DNA of 64,000 bases from Leptospira sp. (GTDB taxonomy: Bacteria > Spirochaetota > Leptospiria > Leptospirales > Leptospiraceae), in assembly GCA_034439575.1 (NCBI GenBank), contig JAWXAQ010000016.1:128001-192000 (forward strand), read 5' to 3'. Both the position numbers and the translations under genes were made by a program. Numbering within the stretch: position 1 is the stretch's first letter; each line of letters opens with the position of its first letter. Of this stretch, positions 30,860-40,712 are shown piece after piece. The notes under the pieces were generated by a model. That model was not told the origin of the DNA, made no database searches, and was given only the letters and a program-made list of their open reading frames with translations.

Positions 30860-31534
30860 TCAATCAGAAAAGGTTCGCTTCCAGCGGTAGACATGATAAG
30901 ATTTTCCTTCAATGAACGGCTCAAATTGGCGAAAGGGCGCCCATTTGTTTGCAGTTTTGTCCCAAATTTGAATGGGATTGGTTTGCTTGATTCCGTTCAA
31001 ATGGAATCCCCAAATTCCTTCCCCTTGTTTCGAGTCTGGCAATGGAAACGAAAGGGCCACCGGCTCATCCGAGACTCCCTTAGCAAAAACAGACATTTTG
31101 AGATTTTGTTTTGTGCCAAACAAACTTGACTCGAGGAAAATGCCTGTCTCCATCTCCACCAGAGGGAAAGATAGGTGAGTGCAATCAAATCGACGCACCA
31201 AGCCTTTTTTCTCTTCAAAGGAGGCACTTGCGCGCACTTGGCAAGAATTTGGGCTAAGAACCACTTGGTTTGGTCCACCCTGCTCAATAAAGCCCAGGTA
31301 CAATACTTCTTCCCAGCCTTTCACTTTGTGATAACGCAATTCTTGCGCCTGAAAGGAATCTTTGCTTTTTCCTTTTTTTAATTCCAATCCTACAATTAAA
31401 AACCCATTCTCCGTCGTAACAAAATCAGAAAAATACAAACCATGGAAATCGACGGCAACTAACGGAAATTGGAAAAAAATGCTATGTAAAGAGAGACATA
31501 GTAAGAATCCTTTCCTTGTTAGAGATGAAACCAT
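30860..31534 (-). CDS. Hypothetical exported protein
   Basis: 224-aa ORF with signal-peptide-like N-terminus, 12 bp upstream of the nucleotidyltransferase gene. Confidence 0.55.
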   Translation of the reverse strand: MVSSLTRKGFLLCLSLHSIFFQFPLVAVDFHGLYFSDFVTTENGFLIVGLELKKGKSKDSFQAQELRYHKVKGWEEVLYLGFIEQGGPNQVVLSPNSCQVRASASFEEKKGLVRRFDCTHLSFPLVEMETGIFLESSLFGTKQNLKMSVFAKGVSDEPVALSFPLPDSKQGEGIWGFHLNGIKQTNPIQIWDKTANKWAPFRQFEPFIEGKSYHVYRWKRTFSD

Positions 31535-31558
31535 ATGATAACCTCATTTCATAAGCAT

Positions 31559-33112
31559 ATGAAAACCTTGCTTATGTCCATCTGTTTCTTAGGTCTGACT
31601 ACCTCTTGTGGTACCTCTGACATTTTTAACCTTCAAAAGGAAAAAGACAATCGCTTACGAGACATAGCTGCCCTTTATTTAATATCCAACGTAGGCAATT
31701 GTGAAACGGGCAATGACATTTGGGCTAGAAATCTCCAAAACCAATCTTCCTATTGTGTGGCAGTTGATTTAGTCAGTGACCAAACAAATGTAATAGTTTA
31801 TAAAGAAAGAAGTCTTTATGTAAATTATGACTTAGTCGCTTTTGCAAAAGAATTCAACGACCAAACCTATCCTAAGTTAGTCTCCGCCTTTGGTGCACCA
31901 TCAGACATAGATAAAAATGGAAAAGTTATCATACTTGTATTAGACGTTCGCGACAATAGCACAACTAACTCTGCTTATGTGGCCGGATACTTTGATCCTG
32001 TGAACTATTTTACGGATGGCACAGCCGCCCCTCTTAGATCAAACTATGGCGAAATTCTATATATGGATGGCAAGGAACTGATCGCAAGCCTTCCGCGTGA
32101 TCCCCAAGCCTTTGCATCCACAGCCGCCCATGAATTCCAACACTTAATTCGTTATCCTTATATGAATGCCACTCGTGCCAATGATGATACATGGATCAAC
32201 GAAGGAACAAGTGAAGTGGCAAGTGACATCGCTGGTTTCGGACCTCAATCATTTCGTCTGAATTGTTTTAATGGATCTGATACCTCCAGATGTTCTGGCG
32301 GTGGCAATGGGATTTCCCTTCTCGACTGGAATAGTGGTTCGAGCTCTTCCATCATTTTAAAACAATATGCAATGGCCTATGCTTACATGCGTTATCTTTA
32401 TGATATTTCTGGCGGAACAGAGGCACAAAAAAATACCTTCTTTCGAAAGACAGTGCAAGGTGCAAGCTCAGGCATACGTGCGGGTTCAGCAAGCCAACTC
32501 ATGTCTGTTTTTCAAGAATCTACTAGATATAATGCAACTTACCTTGGCTCTACGAATCCAGATATATTTTTTAGAACGTTTATGTTATTTTTTGGCCAAG
32601 CGAGTGGTGTCGTCGCTTTTAGCAATGTAGAACAAATCGCATCCGACAAAACGACTGTGAATACAATCGATCTGAGTGCCGCCTACGCGGCTTTTCCTTT
32701 CGAATCTTCTCTAAGTTCTCTAGTATCAACACCAGTTGTCTCAGTCACTGGAAATTTATCTTTAACTACAGGCTCAGCCTTTGTTGTCGCATCCAATTTG
32801 AGCGCATCTTCTATCTCAAACAAATTTCAAAATATGGGAACAGTTAAAAATACAACTGGTTCTCCTACCCCGACAAAAACAATTGTGGCATGGGCCGCCT
32901 ATTCGAATGCTTCTCCTTTAACATCGATTAGGGGATTTGATAAAGCGGAAGAAGGCGAAAAACGAGAACGTTACCGTAGCCTCATAGAAACAGAAAGTCC
33001 AGTGCATGGGCACTTACCACTTTGTGGTACGCAGTTTATAAACGAGCCGGTTCAAAACGTCGAAAGTATTCTAATTGAACCGCCCGCATCAAAGAGTGGT
33101 AACATTCCTTAG
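31559..33112 (+). CDS. Lipoprotein zinc metallopeptidase (M30/hyicolysin-like)
   Basis: Lipobox-like MKTLLMSICFLGLTTSC; SDIDKNGKVIIL, VAGYF, AHEFQHLI, WINEGTSE. Track starts at 31535. Confidence 0.75.
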   Translation: MKTLLMSICFLGLTTSCGTSDIFNLQKEKDNRLRDIAALYLISNVGNCETGNDIWARNLQNQSSYCVAVDLVSDQTNVIVYKERSLYVNYDLVAFAKEFNDQTYPKLVSAFGAPSDIDKNGKVIILVLDVRDNSTTNSAYVAGYFDPVNYFTDGTAAPLRSNYGEILYMDGKELIASLPRDPQAFASTAAHEFQHLIRYPYMNATRANDDTWINEGTSEVASDIAGFGPQSFRLNCFNGSDTSRCSGGGNGISLLDWNSGSSSSIILKQYAMAYAYMRYLYDISGGTEAQKNTFFRKTVQGASSGIRAGSASQLMSVFQESTRYNATYLGSTNPDIFFRTFMLFFGQASGVVAFSNVEQIASDKTTVNTIDLSAAYAAFPFESSLSSLVSTPVVSVTGNLSLTTGSAFVVASNLSASSISNKFQNMGTVKNTTGSPTPTKTIVAWAAYSNASPLTSIRGFDKAEEGEKRERYRSLIETESPVHGHLPLCGTQFINEPVQNVESILIEPPASKSGNIP

Positions 33113-34088
33113 CAATGTGACCTCCGTCGGCGAAAGCCGCGCAAGAATAGTTAGGGTCTTTTTTAAGTTTTAAAACGGGTGAACCAAACTTTGTAGAAGT
33201 CGTATCAATTCTCTCTTCCCAAGACTTCACCATAGGTTGTCCTTCCACCAGGGCTTCAAAATTAGGAGAGGAAACGGGCCAAACAATTATCGATCTTATC
33301 TTTTCTTTTTCCAATCTACTGAGTATTTTTTCATAAAAAGCAAATTGCATTTCACTTGGATGATAAGAAGCGAATAACCAATCTAAGGTTCTATGGCTTG
33401 TTAAATCCAACATATTCGCATCTTTCTCCGCATAATTATCAATAGGTGAAAGCCCATGACCATTTTTATTCAAAATGTGATCATAGGTAGTTTGTCTCAT
33501 GGAAAGAAAACCTTGTAAATTTGGATTTGTGTAATTTCTCCACATTTGATCCAAATATGGTTTATAGGTTCCAACAGCAAAAAGTCTACGACCTATAAAA
33601 AACGATAAATGATCTTTCCCGAAAAGATCCGCATTCGTTAATACATAAGGTAGATCAAAACTAAAAGTTAAATTTGAAATTTTAAAAATAGAATTTTGAT
33701 TGAACTGATTTGGATCGGTTTCCATCAAAACTAAATCAGGCTTTATGCCTGCATCCAATATCTTTGTTAGGTTATAATCATAATATGCTGGGGTCGTAAC
33801 TGCTGAAGATAAATTATAAATTTCCCAATCAGGATAAAAAGCATTTAAATCATCGGCATCAAAATACAATAACCGAGATGAACCAAGAATCAACATGAGT
33901 TTCTTATTTTTTGGTTTTGTCTGATTCTGGATTATTTTTTCTAAAAGATCATTTTTGGCCGTATAATTAACAGGCGTAAGATCAAGTTTTGTTAATAGTT
34001 GAATGTATGGAATTCTAAATAACTGATCTATACAAAATAGAAGTATAATAAGAAGAACAGGATAGATGAGAAAAGTTTGCCTTTTCAT
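33036..34088 (-). CDS. DUF1574-like SGNH-fold membrane-anchored protein
   Basis: N-terminal TM, LILGSSR, YNLS, FADGGH. Confidence 0.7.
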   Translation of the reverse strand: MKRQTFLIYPVLLIILLFCIDQLFRIPYIQLLTKLDLTPVNYTAKNDLLEKIIQNQTKPKNKKLMLILGSSRLLYFDADDLNAFYPDWEIYNLSSAVTTPAYYDYNLTKILDAGIKPDLVLMETDPNQFNQNSIFKISNLTFSFDLPYVLTNADLFGKDHLSFFIGRRLFAVGTYKPYLDQMWRNYTNPNLQGFLSMRQTTYDHILNKNGHGLSPIDNYAEKDANMLDLTSHRTLDWLFASYHPSEMQFAFYEKILSRLEKEKIRSIIVWPVSSPNFEALVEGQPMVKSWEERIDTTSTKFGSPVLKLKKDPNYSCAAFADGGHIAKECYHSLMRAVQLEYFRRFEPARL

Positions 34089-34140
34089 TTAGTTTAGAAT
34101 GTAGAATAGCAATAAAAAGTAAAGCAATTGGAATAGAAAC

Positions 34141-34162
34141 CTCTCCGGATTTCCCCGGAGAG
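34141..34162 (-). terminator. Hairpin terminator after the 120-aa gene
   Basis: CTCTCCGG-N6-CCGGAGAG perfect 8-bp stem 6 bp past the stop; short U-tract. Confidence 0.55.
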
Positions 34163-34168
34163 TCAGAT

Positions 34169-34531
34169 TTATGCAACCTGTGTTTTTAAAACTTTTCGTC
34201 TTTTTTTAAGACCTAAAAACCAATCATCCGCATGTTTTACATATTGAACGAGCTTTTTAACATACTCACGATTCTCAGGATTCAGAATCTCTCGTGCTTC
34301 TTGAATGACTTCTTCTACTGTCTTAACATGAAATGTAAAGTAACTAGTAAATAAATCATAATACTCACGTTCTGTATTTTCCCAAGAATGACTTTGTATG
34401 TCTTCATAGAATTCGAATAACATAGGTATATCAATTTCTGGTGTCGCATCAAAATGACTATTCATCATCGCTACACGATCAGTAATATCTGTTAGCCTTT
34501 GGAAGTAGGTTTCTTGTTCGGGATATTCCAT
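34169..34531 (-). CDS. Hypothetical alpha-helical protein
   Basis: 120-aa ORF with strong RBS (GAGGAGG) and downstream hairpin. Confidence 0.7.
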   Translation of the reverse strand: MEYPEQETYFQRLTDITDRVAMMNSHFDATPEIDIPMLFEFYEDIQSHSWENTEREYYDLFTSYFTFHVKTVEEVIQEAREILNPENREYVKKLVQYVKHADDWFLGLKKRRKVLKTQVA

Positions 34532-34589
34532 CGCAGACCCTCCTCGTCAAACCTTTACTTTTACCAGGATTTTAGAAGGGCGCGAGAGA

Positions 34590-35036
34590 TCAAGGTTTTT
34601 TTAGAAATTTGGAAAAGTCAGGATTCTCTTTTAAAAATTCAATCAATTTATGCACTTGGCTGTCCCAACCGTCTTTTGCCCCATCTAACCAAACGTTAAA
34701 GGCATCTGAGTTAGGAAATCCCCCGTTGACAATTGTTAAACTGGACTTATTATCCCCTAAAGAATCAAAAATTAACTGAAGAAAAATATCTCCTGCCGGA
34801 TGGTCTTTCCATTCCATAATCAGCTCTTTTCCTGGAATGATTTTTTTATATGTACCATGTGATGTGAAATTGCCTTCGATACCCAAATGCCAAGTCCAAG
34901 AAAAATCACCACCTTCTTTAGGACGACCACGAACTTCATCAGCAAGCCAATGCACAAGTACTTCATACACAGTCGTTGCTTGCCATAATCTATCAACTGG
35001 TTCATTAAATTCGAATACGGATCGAGTTTCTCTCAT
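34590..35036 (-). CDS. SRPBCC/AHSA1-domain protein
   Basis: PVDRLWQA.T....L..W, GG.F...W, G.Y..I.P...L...W, GW...L..L. Confidence 0.8.
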   Translation of the reverse strand: MRETRSVFEFNEPVDRLWQATTVYEVLVHWLADEVRGRPKEGGDFSWTWHLGIEGNFTSHGTYKKIIPGKELIMEWKDHPAGDIFLQLIFDSLGDNKSSLTIVNGGFPNSDAFNVWLDGAKDGWDSQVHKLIEFLKENPDFSKFLKKP

Positions 35037-35126
35037 TGGCAAACCTTGGAAGAATTCTCTGAGTTTGGCAATCCGTTTTTCACAACGATTTGCGGTCAGA
35101 ATCGCATTCTATTAAATTGTCAATTA

Positions 35127-35618
35127 ATGGAATTAAAAAATCATCTGGCTATCCTTGCACGTTACCATACCTGGTCTTTGGAACATTTGTACATACATTT
35201 AGGTGGTGTTTCAGAAGTAGATTACCGCAAAGATGTAGGTTTATTTTTCAAATCAATTCACGGAACCTTAAATCATTTGCTAGTCGCAGATCAACTTTGG
35301 TATTCTCGTTTTGCAGAGAATTCATCGCCGGTTATGAACTTGGATACGGAAATAGAATCCAACAGACAAACATTAGGTGAAATATTAAAAAACCAATCTT
35401 CCCTATGGGAAAAATTTATAAATCAAATCTCAGAGTTTCCAAACACCTTGGACTACACAACTATGAGAGGTTTTCCTGCATCCATTCCATATTCAGCTGC
35501 TCTTGCCCATGTCTTCAATCATGGAACTCACCACAGAGGCCAAATCATAGCTGCTATGACATCCATGGGTTATTCAAGTCCAGAAATTGATCTCGTCTAT
35601 ATGTTACAAAGAACTTAA
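35127..35618 (+). CDS. DinB-family protein
   Basis: FFKSIHGTLNHLLVADQLW, HVFNHGTHHRGQ. ATG 35127 chosen; track starts at 35046. Confidence 0.88.
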   Translation: MELKNHLAILARYHTWSLEHLYIHLGGVSEVDYRKDVGLFFKSIHGTLNHLLVADQLWYSRFAENSSPVMNLDTEIESNRQTLGEILKNQSSLWEKFINQISEFPNTLDYTTMRGFPASIPYSAALAHVFNHGTHHRGQIIAAMTSMGYSSPEIDLVYMLQRT

Positions 35619-35624
35619 TATTCC

Positions 35625-36941
35625 TTAACTTAGGTGCAAATTGTTCGGCCGAGTATATACCAATTGTACGACACTGATATTTTTCATTTGAAACGCCGCA
35701 GCACAATATGCCAAATAGTATCTCCATTTGCGAATAAAACCTTCGCTATATCCTTGCTCTCGAACTTCCATTAGATTTTCATCAAAGGCCTTTAGCCAAA
35801 GTCTTAGCGTTCTTACATAACTAGAGCCCATATCTTCCATGTGATACAAGTGCATATCGCCTGTTAGGTTTATCGCTTCATTCATTCTGCCAATAGAAGG
35901 AAGAAGTGAGCCTGGGAAAATATGCTTTTGGATAAAATCTATTCCTTTTTTGAAAGAGTTAAATCTGGAATCAGGGCTTGTGATCACTTGCAAAGCCATA
36001 AGTCCATTCTGTGTGAGAACTTCTTGGCATTTACGAAAAAAAGATTCATAATACGCATCCCCAACAGCTTCTAACATTTCCACAGAAACAATTTTTGTAA
36101 AACTTCCTTTGATATCACGATAATCTTGGATACGAATCTCAACTAAATGCCCCAGATTTTCTCTATTGATTTTGTCCGAAGCAAATCTAAACTGCTCCTC
36201 TGAAAGTGTAACGGTAGTAACACGACATCCATAGTTTTTAGCAGCATAAGTCGAAAGATATCCCCACCCACTTCCAATTTCCAATAGATGGTCATCTTTT
36301 GTTAAACGCAATTTTTCGCATAACAATTTGACCTTGGCCGTTTGTGCTTCCTCTAAACTTTGATCCAAATTTTCAAAATAAGCAGAACTATATGTCATAG
36401 TCGGATCAAGGAATAACTTATAAAAACTATTTCCTAAATCATAATGTTCTACAATATTTTTTTTACTTCCGCGTTGTGAGTTTCTACGAAGGAAATGTAG
36501 GAACTTATTTCCTAAATTAAACAAATCCAAGTGAAACAACTTTTTTTTAGCCCCAGATAAACTGGGTGAATCATCAACATTCAATATAAACCAAGAAACT
36601 ACATTTTCTATGGAATCTGTTTCCCACTCACCCATTAAAAATGATTCAGAAAATCCTATATCGCCGTGTAACACAGATCTCTTAAAAAACTTAGGATCTT
36701 TTATGTAAATGATCGCAGAATGGAACTTAGGTTCAAAATCGGAATCTGGATCTCCAAGAGAACTTTGAGTTCCATCGGGAAGGATCACACGAATTGAACC
36801 TCGTTTCATCTTACTTAATGCCTTAAAAAAAATTGTTTGGTATAAGGCGTATTTTTTTCCGATGGAAATTGTCTCTAATTGATTGTAAATTTCTTTCTCA
36901 ATCGAATTTTGCAAGAGAGACTGGTTTGCTGACTTCTCCAA
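35625..36941 (-). CDS. Cyclopropane-fatty-acyl-phospholipid synthase family SAM methyltransferase (UfaM/CfaS-like)
   Basis: HYDLGNSFY, MTYSSA, LEIGSGWG, VTLSEEQ, SVEMLEAVG, FIQKHIFPG, WRYYLAYC. Confidence 0.9.
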   Translation of the reverse strand: MEKSANQSLLQNSIEKEIYNQLETISIGKKYALYQTIFFKALSKMKRGSIRVILPDGTQSSLGDPDSDFEPKFHSAIIYIKDPKFFKRSVLHGDIGFSESFLMGEWETDSIENVVSWFILNVDDSPSLSGAKKKLFHLDLFNLGNKFLHFLRRNSQRGSKKNIVEHYDLGNSFYKLFLDPTMTYSSAYFENLDQSLEEAQTAKVKLLCEKLRLTKDDHLLEIGSGWGYLSTYAAKNYGCRVTTVTLSEEQFRFASDKINRENLGHLVEIRIQDYRDIKGSFTKIVSVEMLEAVGDAYYESFFRKCQEVLTQNGLMALQVITSPDSRFNSFKKGIDFIQKHIFPGSLLPSIGRMNEAINLTGDMHLYHMEDMGSSYVRTLRLWLKAFDENLMEVREQGYSEGFIRKWRYYLAYCAAAFQMKNISVVQLVYTRPNNLHLS

Positions 36942-37722
36942 GGGTGACTCCTGTTTGGTGATCTAAATTTTCATTTTTTTTAATATATGGCAATCGTTTG
37001 GTCCACAAACGGAATGCTTGCCAATGTATCAAAACTATTATTTGGACTGTTATAAATGGATATCGGCAAAAAAGAATAAACAAGTTCCAGGAAGAAAATG
37101 ATTTTTTTTCTCCAATAAATGCTGTCGTTAAAACACGTTTGTCATTTTCCCAAGAATTGACACCGATATGAAGAGTATCTTTTGGAAAGTTTAGCAAAAA
37201 CTCAAATTCCGAATCAATGGGAATAAAAGGTGATACATAAAAATTTTTCTTAACTCTTAAATAAGTTTCTGGATTTGATATCGTACCTTTTGCGTTATGA
37301 TCCACCTTACCGATATAAGGTTTGATTTCTCCAAATGTATTCCCCACTTCGGCTATGGAACACACTTGTTTCCCATTTTTATCAAAACAAAAATAAAAAC
37401 AGACAGGATTGAAAACATAACCAAGAACACGTAAATTTGTATTTAGGTATATTTTTGCAATTTCTGTATCAATACCAGAAGCCTTTAAATAAGCCGACAC
37501 TTGCTCTTTGAGACTACCCTCACCAAAATGCAAATGGTCTTTGTCCCAAAATGAAAACAAAGAAAAGGAATTTTTGCCAAAAAACCAAACAGATCTATTT
37601 AATTCATCTAGTTCATCCAAATCCAATAAAAATGTCCCCACTTTGTAAGTGAAATGGTTTCGGATAGGAAATGTTCGAGAATGCGTAACTAAGGCATGAT
37701 ATATTTTAGAATTTAAGTCCAA
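36898..37722 (-). CDS. DUF1365-family protein (UfaO-like)
   Basis: H.R..P..N.F.Y, RVLGYVFNPVCFYFC, AEVGNTFGE, K.FYVSPF, IHWQAFRLW.K. Confidence 0.88.
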   Translation of the reverse strand: MDLNSKIYHALVTHSRTFPIRNHFTYKVGTFLLDLDELDELNRSVWFFGKNSFSLFSFWDKDHLHFGEGSLKEQVSAYLKASGIDTEIAKIYLNTNLRVLGYVFNPVCFYFCFDKNGKQVCSIAEVGNTFGEIKPYIGKVDHNAKGTISNPETYLRVKKNFYVSPFIPIDSEFEFLLNFPKDTLHIGVNSWENDKRVLTTAFIGEKKSFSSWNLFILFCRYPFITVQIIVLIHWQAFRLWTKRLPYIKKNENLDHQTGVTLGEVSKPVSLAKFD

Positions 37723-38981
37723 GGGTCTCTCTTCAATATCGCTTTTGCTACGTTCACTGCTGATAAAAAACCATCTTCATGAAATCCATATCTAAAATAA
37801 GCCCCCGCAAAATAAATGGGACCTTTTTCGTTTAACTTAGGCAGTTCATTTTGCCCTTTAGCTGATTCCACGGAAAACAAAGGATGTTCATATTCGATTT
37901 CTCTAATGATATGTGATTTTTTGATTCTTCCTGGATCATTGATCGTGACAAAATAATCTTTCTTTTTGGATACCTTTTGCAATTGGTTCATCCAATAGAT
38001 CGTATATGGTTGTTTGTTCCCTTTTTCATCACTTACAATTTTATAATTCCAACTTGACCATATCGATCTTTTTTTTGGCATATCGCTCGTATCAGTGTGT
38101 AAGGTGGCAATGTTTTTTTGGTATTTAAAAAGTGGTAAAAGTTCTCTTTCAAGCGGTTCTGGATTTGAGAGAAGTTTTACGGAAGTAGGTCCATGAGTGG
38201 CAAGTATTACTTTATTAAATACTTCAGATGTTCCATCTTCTAATACCACGCGAACCAATTCTTTTTCTCGAATCACTTCTTTTACAGACGAATTTAATCG
38301 TATTTTATCTTTAAAATTTTTGGCGATCCGTTTTACATACTCTCTCGAACCACCATCGACAGTCCACCATTGGTGCTGCGTACTAAGACCCAAAAAACCA
38401 TGGTTATAGAAAAAACGAATCAAAGTTTTCGCAGGAAAACTTAACATTAAATCCGGAGGTGTTGACCAAACAGCAGAACTCATAGGTACCAGATAATAAT
38501 TTAATATATCTTCCCCATACCCTTCCGTTTTCATATATCGACCCAAATCCCAATCATCATATTTAGGATTTTCTAAAATCTTAGGAGCATCTTCATTGAA
38601 ACGATTGATCTGAAGTAACATCCGAATGTATTTCAGACTAAATAAATTTTTCTTTTGGGCAAAAAGTCCGCCGAGCCCTGAACCACAGAACTCTAAGTTT
38701 GTTGGCGCATACTGCACGCTAAACGACATGTCAGATTTTTTTGTAGGAACACCTAGAGTATTAAAAAGGCGCAGTAAATTTGGATACGTGACATGATTAA
38801 ATACAATAAATCCGGTATCTATAGGGATTTGAATCCCATCTTCTTCCACATCGACTGTGTTAGTATGTCCTCCAATATAACTTGCTTTTTCAAAAATGGT
38901 CAGATCATATTCTTTTTGCAAAAAATAGGCAGAGCCCAAACCTGATATTCCAGTCCCAATGATTGCTAACTTTTCCTTCAC
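37713..38981 (-). CDS. FAD/NAD-binding oxidoreductase (UfaD-like)
   Basis: IGTGISGL, GGHTNT, DTGFIVFN..TYPNL, SDMSFSV, SSWNY, YWMN.LQ, GAYFRYGFHEDG. Confidence 0.88.
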   Translation of the reverse strand: MKEKLAIIGTGISGLGSAYFLQKEYDLTIFEKASYIGGHTNTVDVEEDGIQIPIDTGFIVFNHVTYPNLLRLFNTLGVPTKKSDMSFSVQYAPTNLEFCGSGLGGLFAQKKNLFSLKYIRMLLQINRFNEDAPKILENPKYDDWDLGRYMKTEGYGEDILNYYLVPMSSAVWSTPPDLMLSFPAKTLIRFFYNHGFLGLSTQHQWWTVDGGSREYVKRIAKNFKDKIRLNSSVKEVIREKELVRVVLEDGTSEVFNKVILATHGPTSVKLLSNPEPLERELLPLFKYQKNIATLHTDTSDMPKKRSIWSSWNYKIVSDEKGNKQPYTIYWMNQLQKVSKKKDYFVTINDPGRIKKSHIIREIEYEHPLFSVESAKGQNELPKLNEKGPIYFAGAYFRYGFHEDGFLSAVNVAKAILKRDPWT

Positions 38982-39002
38982 TAAAAACCTCTTCGGCTTT
39001 TT

Positions 39003-39833
39003 TTAGACAGGATTGCGTAGTAGTTTAGCCAGCTCCTCATTGATTTCTGTAGCTTTTTTTATAGCAAGTTTTGTATAATCGCTATCTCGGGAAAGCAGAG
39101 TGACCCCTCTTGAAGAATTGATGATGCCATTTTTTCCACAAGCAGTATAAATCTCGGCTAAACTTCCGCCTTGGGCACCGAAGCCAGGAATCAGAAATAA
39201 CAAATTTGGATGTCTTTTTCGAATGCCAGACAATTCGGAAGGATGGGTGCCACCCATTACGATACCTACTTGGCCTGGGTATTCTTCTTCCAATCTCGAG
39301 GCAAAATCGGATACCTCTTCGTATAAAAAGACATCTTTAGTTTTGAGTGTCAATTTTTGCAAATCAATTGAAGATGGATTGGACGTAAGGCAAAGTATAA
39401 AAACGAACCCACCTAACTCTAAATAGGGTAAAATTGTATCTTTTCCCATATAAGCGTTGATTGTCAAAGCATCCACTTTCAAAGTTTCAAAATAATATTT
39501 AGCATATTCTTTTGCTGTGTTTGCTAAATCTCCTCTCTTTGCATCAGCAATGATGGGGATACTTACATCTACTTCTTTACAATAGGCTACATACCTTTCA
39601 AATTCGCTAAACCCTTTGGCGCCAAACCTTTCAAAAAAAGCAACATTCGGTTTCCATGCCACCGCATACGGATGAGTAGATGAAACAATCGCCTTTGCGA
39701 ATTCAAAGAGTGGGAATTCTTTTTTTTGACAATCATGAGGTAATTTTTCCCATTCAGGATCAATCCCTACGCATAACAGTGATTTTAATTTATCTCTGCG
39801 AGATTCGAATTTCTTATAAAAATTAGAACTCAC
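39003..39833 (-). CDS. pyrF: Orotidine-5'-phosphate decarboxylase (type 2)
   Basis: LCVGIDP, KPNVAFFE, DAKRGDLANT, LTSNP, LIPGFGAQGG, INSSR. Confidence 0.95.
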   Translation of the reverse strand: MSSNFYKKFESRRDKLKSLLCVGIDPEWEKLPHDCQKKEFPLFEFAKAIVSSTHPYAVAWKPNVAFFERFGAKGFSEFERYVAYCKEVDVSIPIIADAKRGDLANTAKEYAKYYFETLKVDALTINAYMGKDTILPYLELGGFVFILCLTSNPSSIDLQKLTLKTKDVFLYEEVSDFASRLEEEYPGQVGIVMGGTHPSELSGIRKRHPNLLFLIPGFGAQGGSLAEIYTACGKNGIINSSRGVTLLSRDSDYTKLAIKKATEINEELAKLLRNPV

Positions 39834-40711
39834 TTACTTCTTGGTTCCTTAAGTGGGTTTTTAGTATTACGATCATACAATTGATCATCAACTGATCTTT
39901 TTTTGTATCTGCCATAAAAATGGCCGGGTATGACAGTCAAACTTGTAATAGGTCTAACAAAAATATCTCCTATGGAACCTCCGACATACGTGGCATAGGC
40001 GGGAGTCAAAATGTCATAAGACTCTTCCAATTTCTGTTTATCATTTTTCTCCGCAAAATAATTTAAGGCATCATCACTCGCCCGGGCTTCTTGGTACAAG
40101 GGTCCAACGATCGGTACTGCTCGAATCACCGCGTATGATGTTCGATGTTCTCTCTGTGCGAAATCTTTGGCATGTCCACCTTCGTGAATGAGTACAGGAG
40201 CCGAATCCGAATAAACGTTGATGGTATTTGTAAATGGATTGTAATGATCACCACCGACAAGGCCTGCTAACAAACGTTCGGGAAGTAAGGTATAAGAGAT
40301 GAGTGAAATGACTCCAATTGTATACCGGGCAAATGGATTGATATTTTCATTTTTGCCCAATCGTTTCCATTCCGAAACGGGTGCGTATTGGTTGAACCTA
40401 ACTTTTACATCCCGCAAATTATTTTCGCGGATATAATTTTTGAGATACGTTTTTGTTTCTTCGGAAAGATCGTGATTTTCCATTTTCCAGCTCCATAACA
40501 CTAATTTGGAGGGAAGTGAAAAAATATAATGCCCCGCCTTATCCAATAACCAAACAGGCTCCCCTTCTTCAAATTGGGGATCCTCTTCATCAAATGCAGG
40601 TGCTGGTAAATATGGATTCCCATAATTATATTTTTTTTCCATAGAATGACATGCTGTTAAAAATACCATGCCTATGAAGAGTAATATAGCTTTGATTAAA
40701 TGGAGATTCAT
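39830..40711 (-). CDS. Lipoprotein with HExxH zinc-binding motif
   Basis: Lipobox FLTAC; GGDHYNPFTNT, IHEGGHAKD, QEARAS. Confidence 0.65.
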   Translation of the reverse strand: MNLHLIKAILLFIGMVFLTACHSMEKKYNYGNPYLPAPAFDEEDPQFEEGEPVWLLDKAGHYIFSLPSKLVLWSWKMENHDLSEETKTYLKNYIRENNLRDVKVRFNQYAPVSEWKRLGKNENINPFARYTIGVISLISYTLLPERLLAGLVGGDHYNPFTNTINVYSDSAPVLIHEGGHAKDFAQREHRTSYAVIRAVPIVGPLYQEARASDDALNYFAEKNDKQKLEESYDILTPAYATYVGGSIGDIFVRPITSLTVIPGHFYGRYKKRSVDDQLYDRNTKNPLKEPRSK

Positions 40712-40712
40712 T

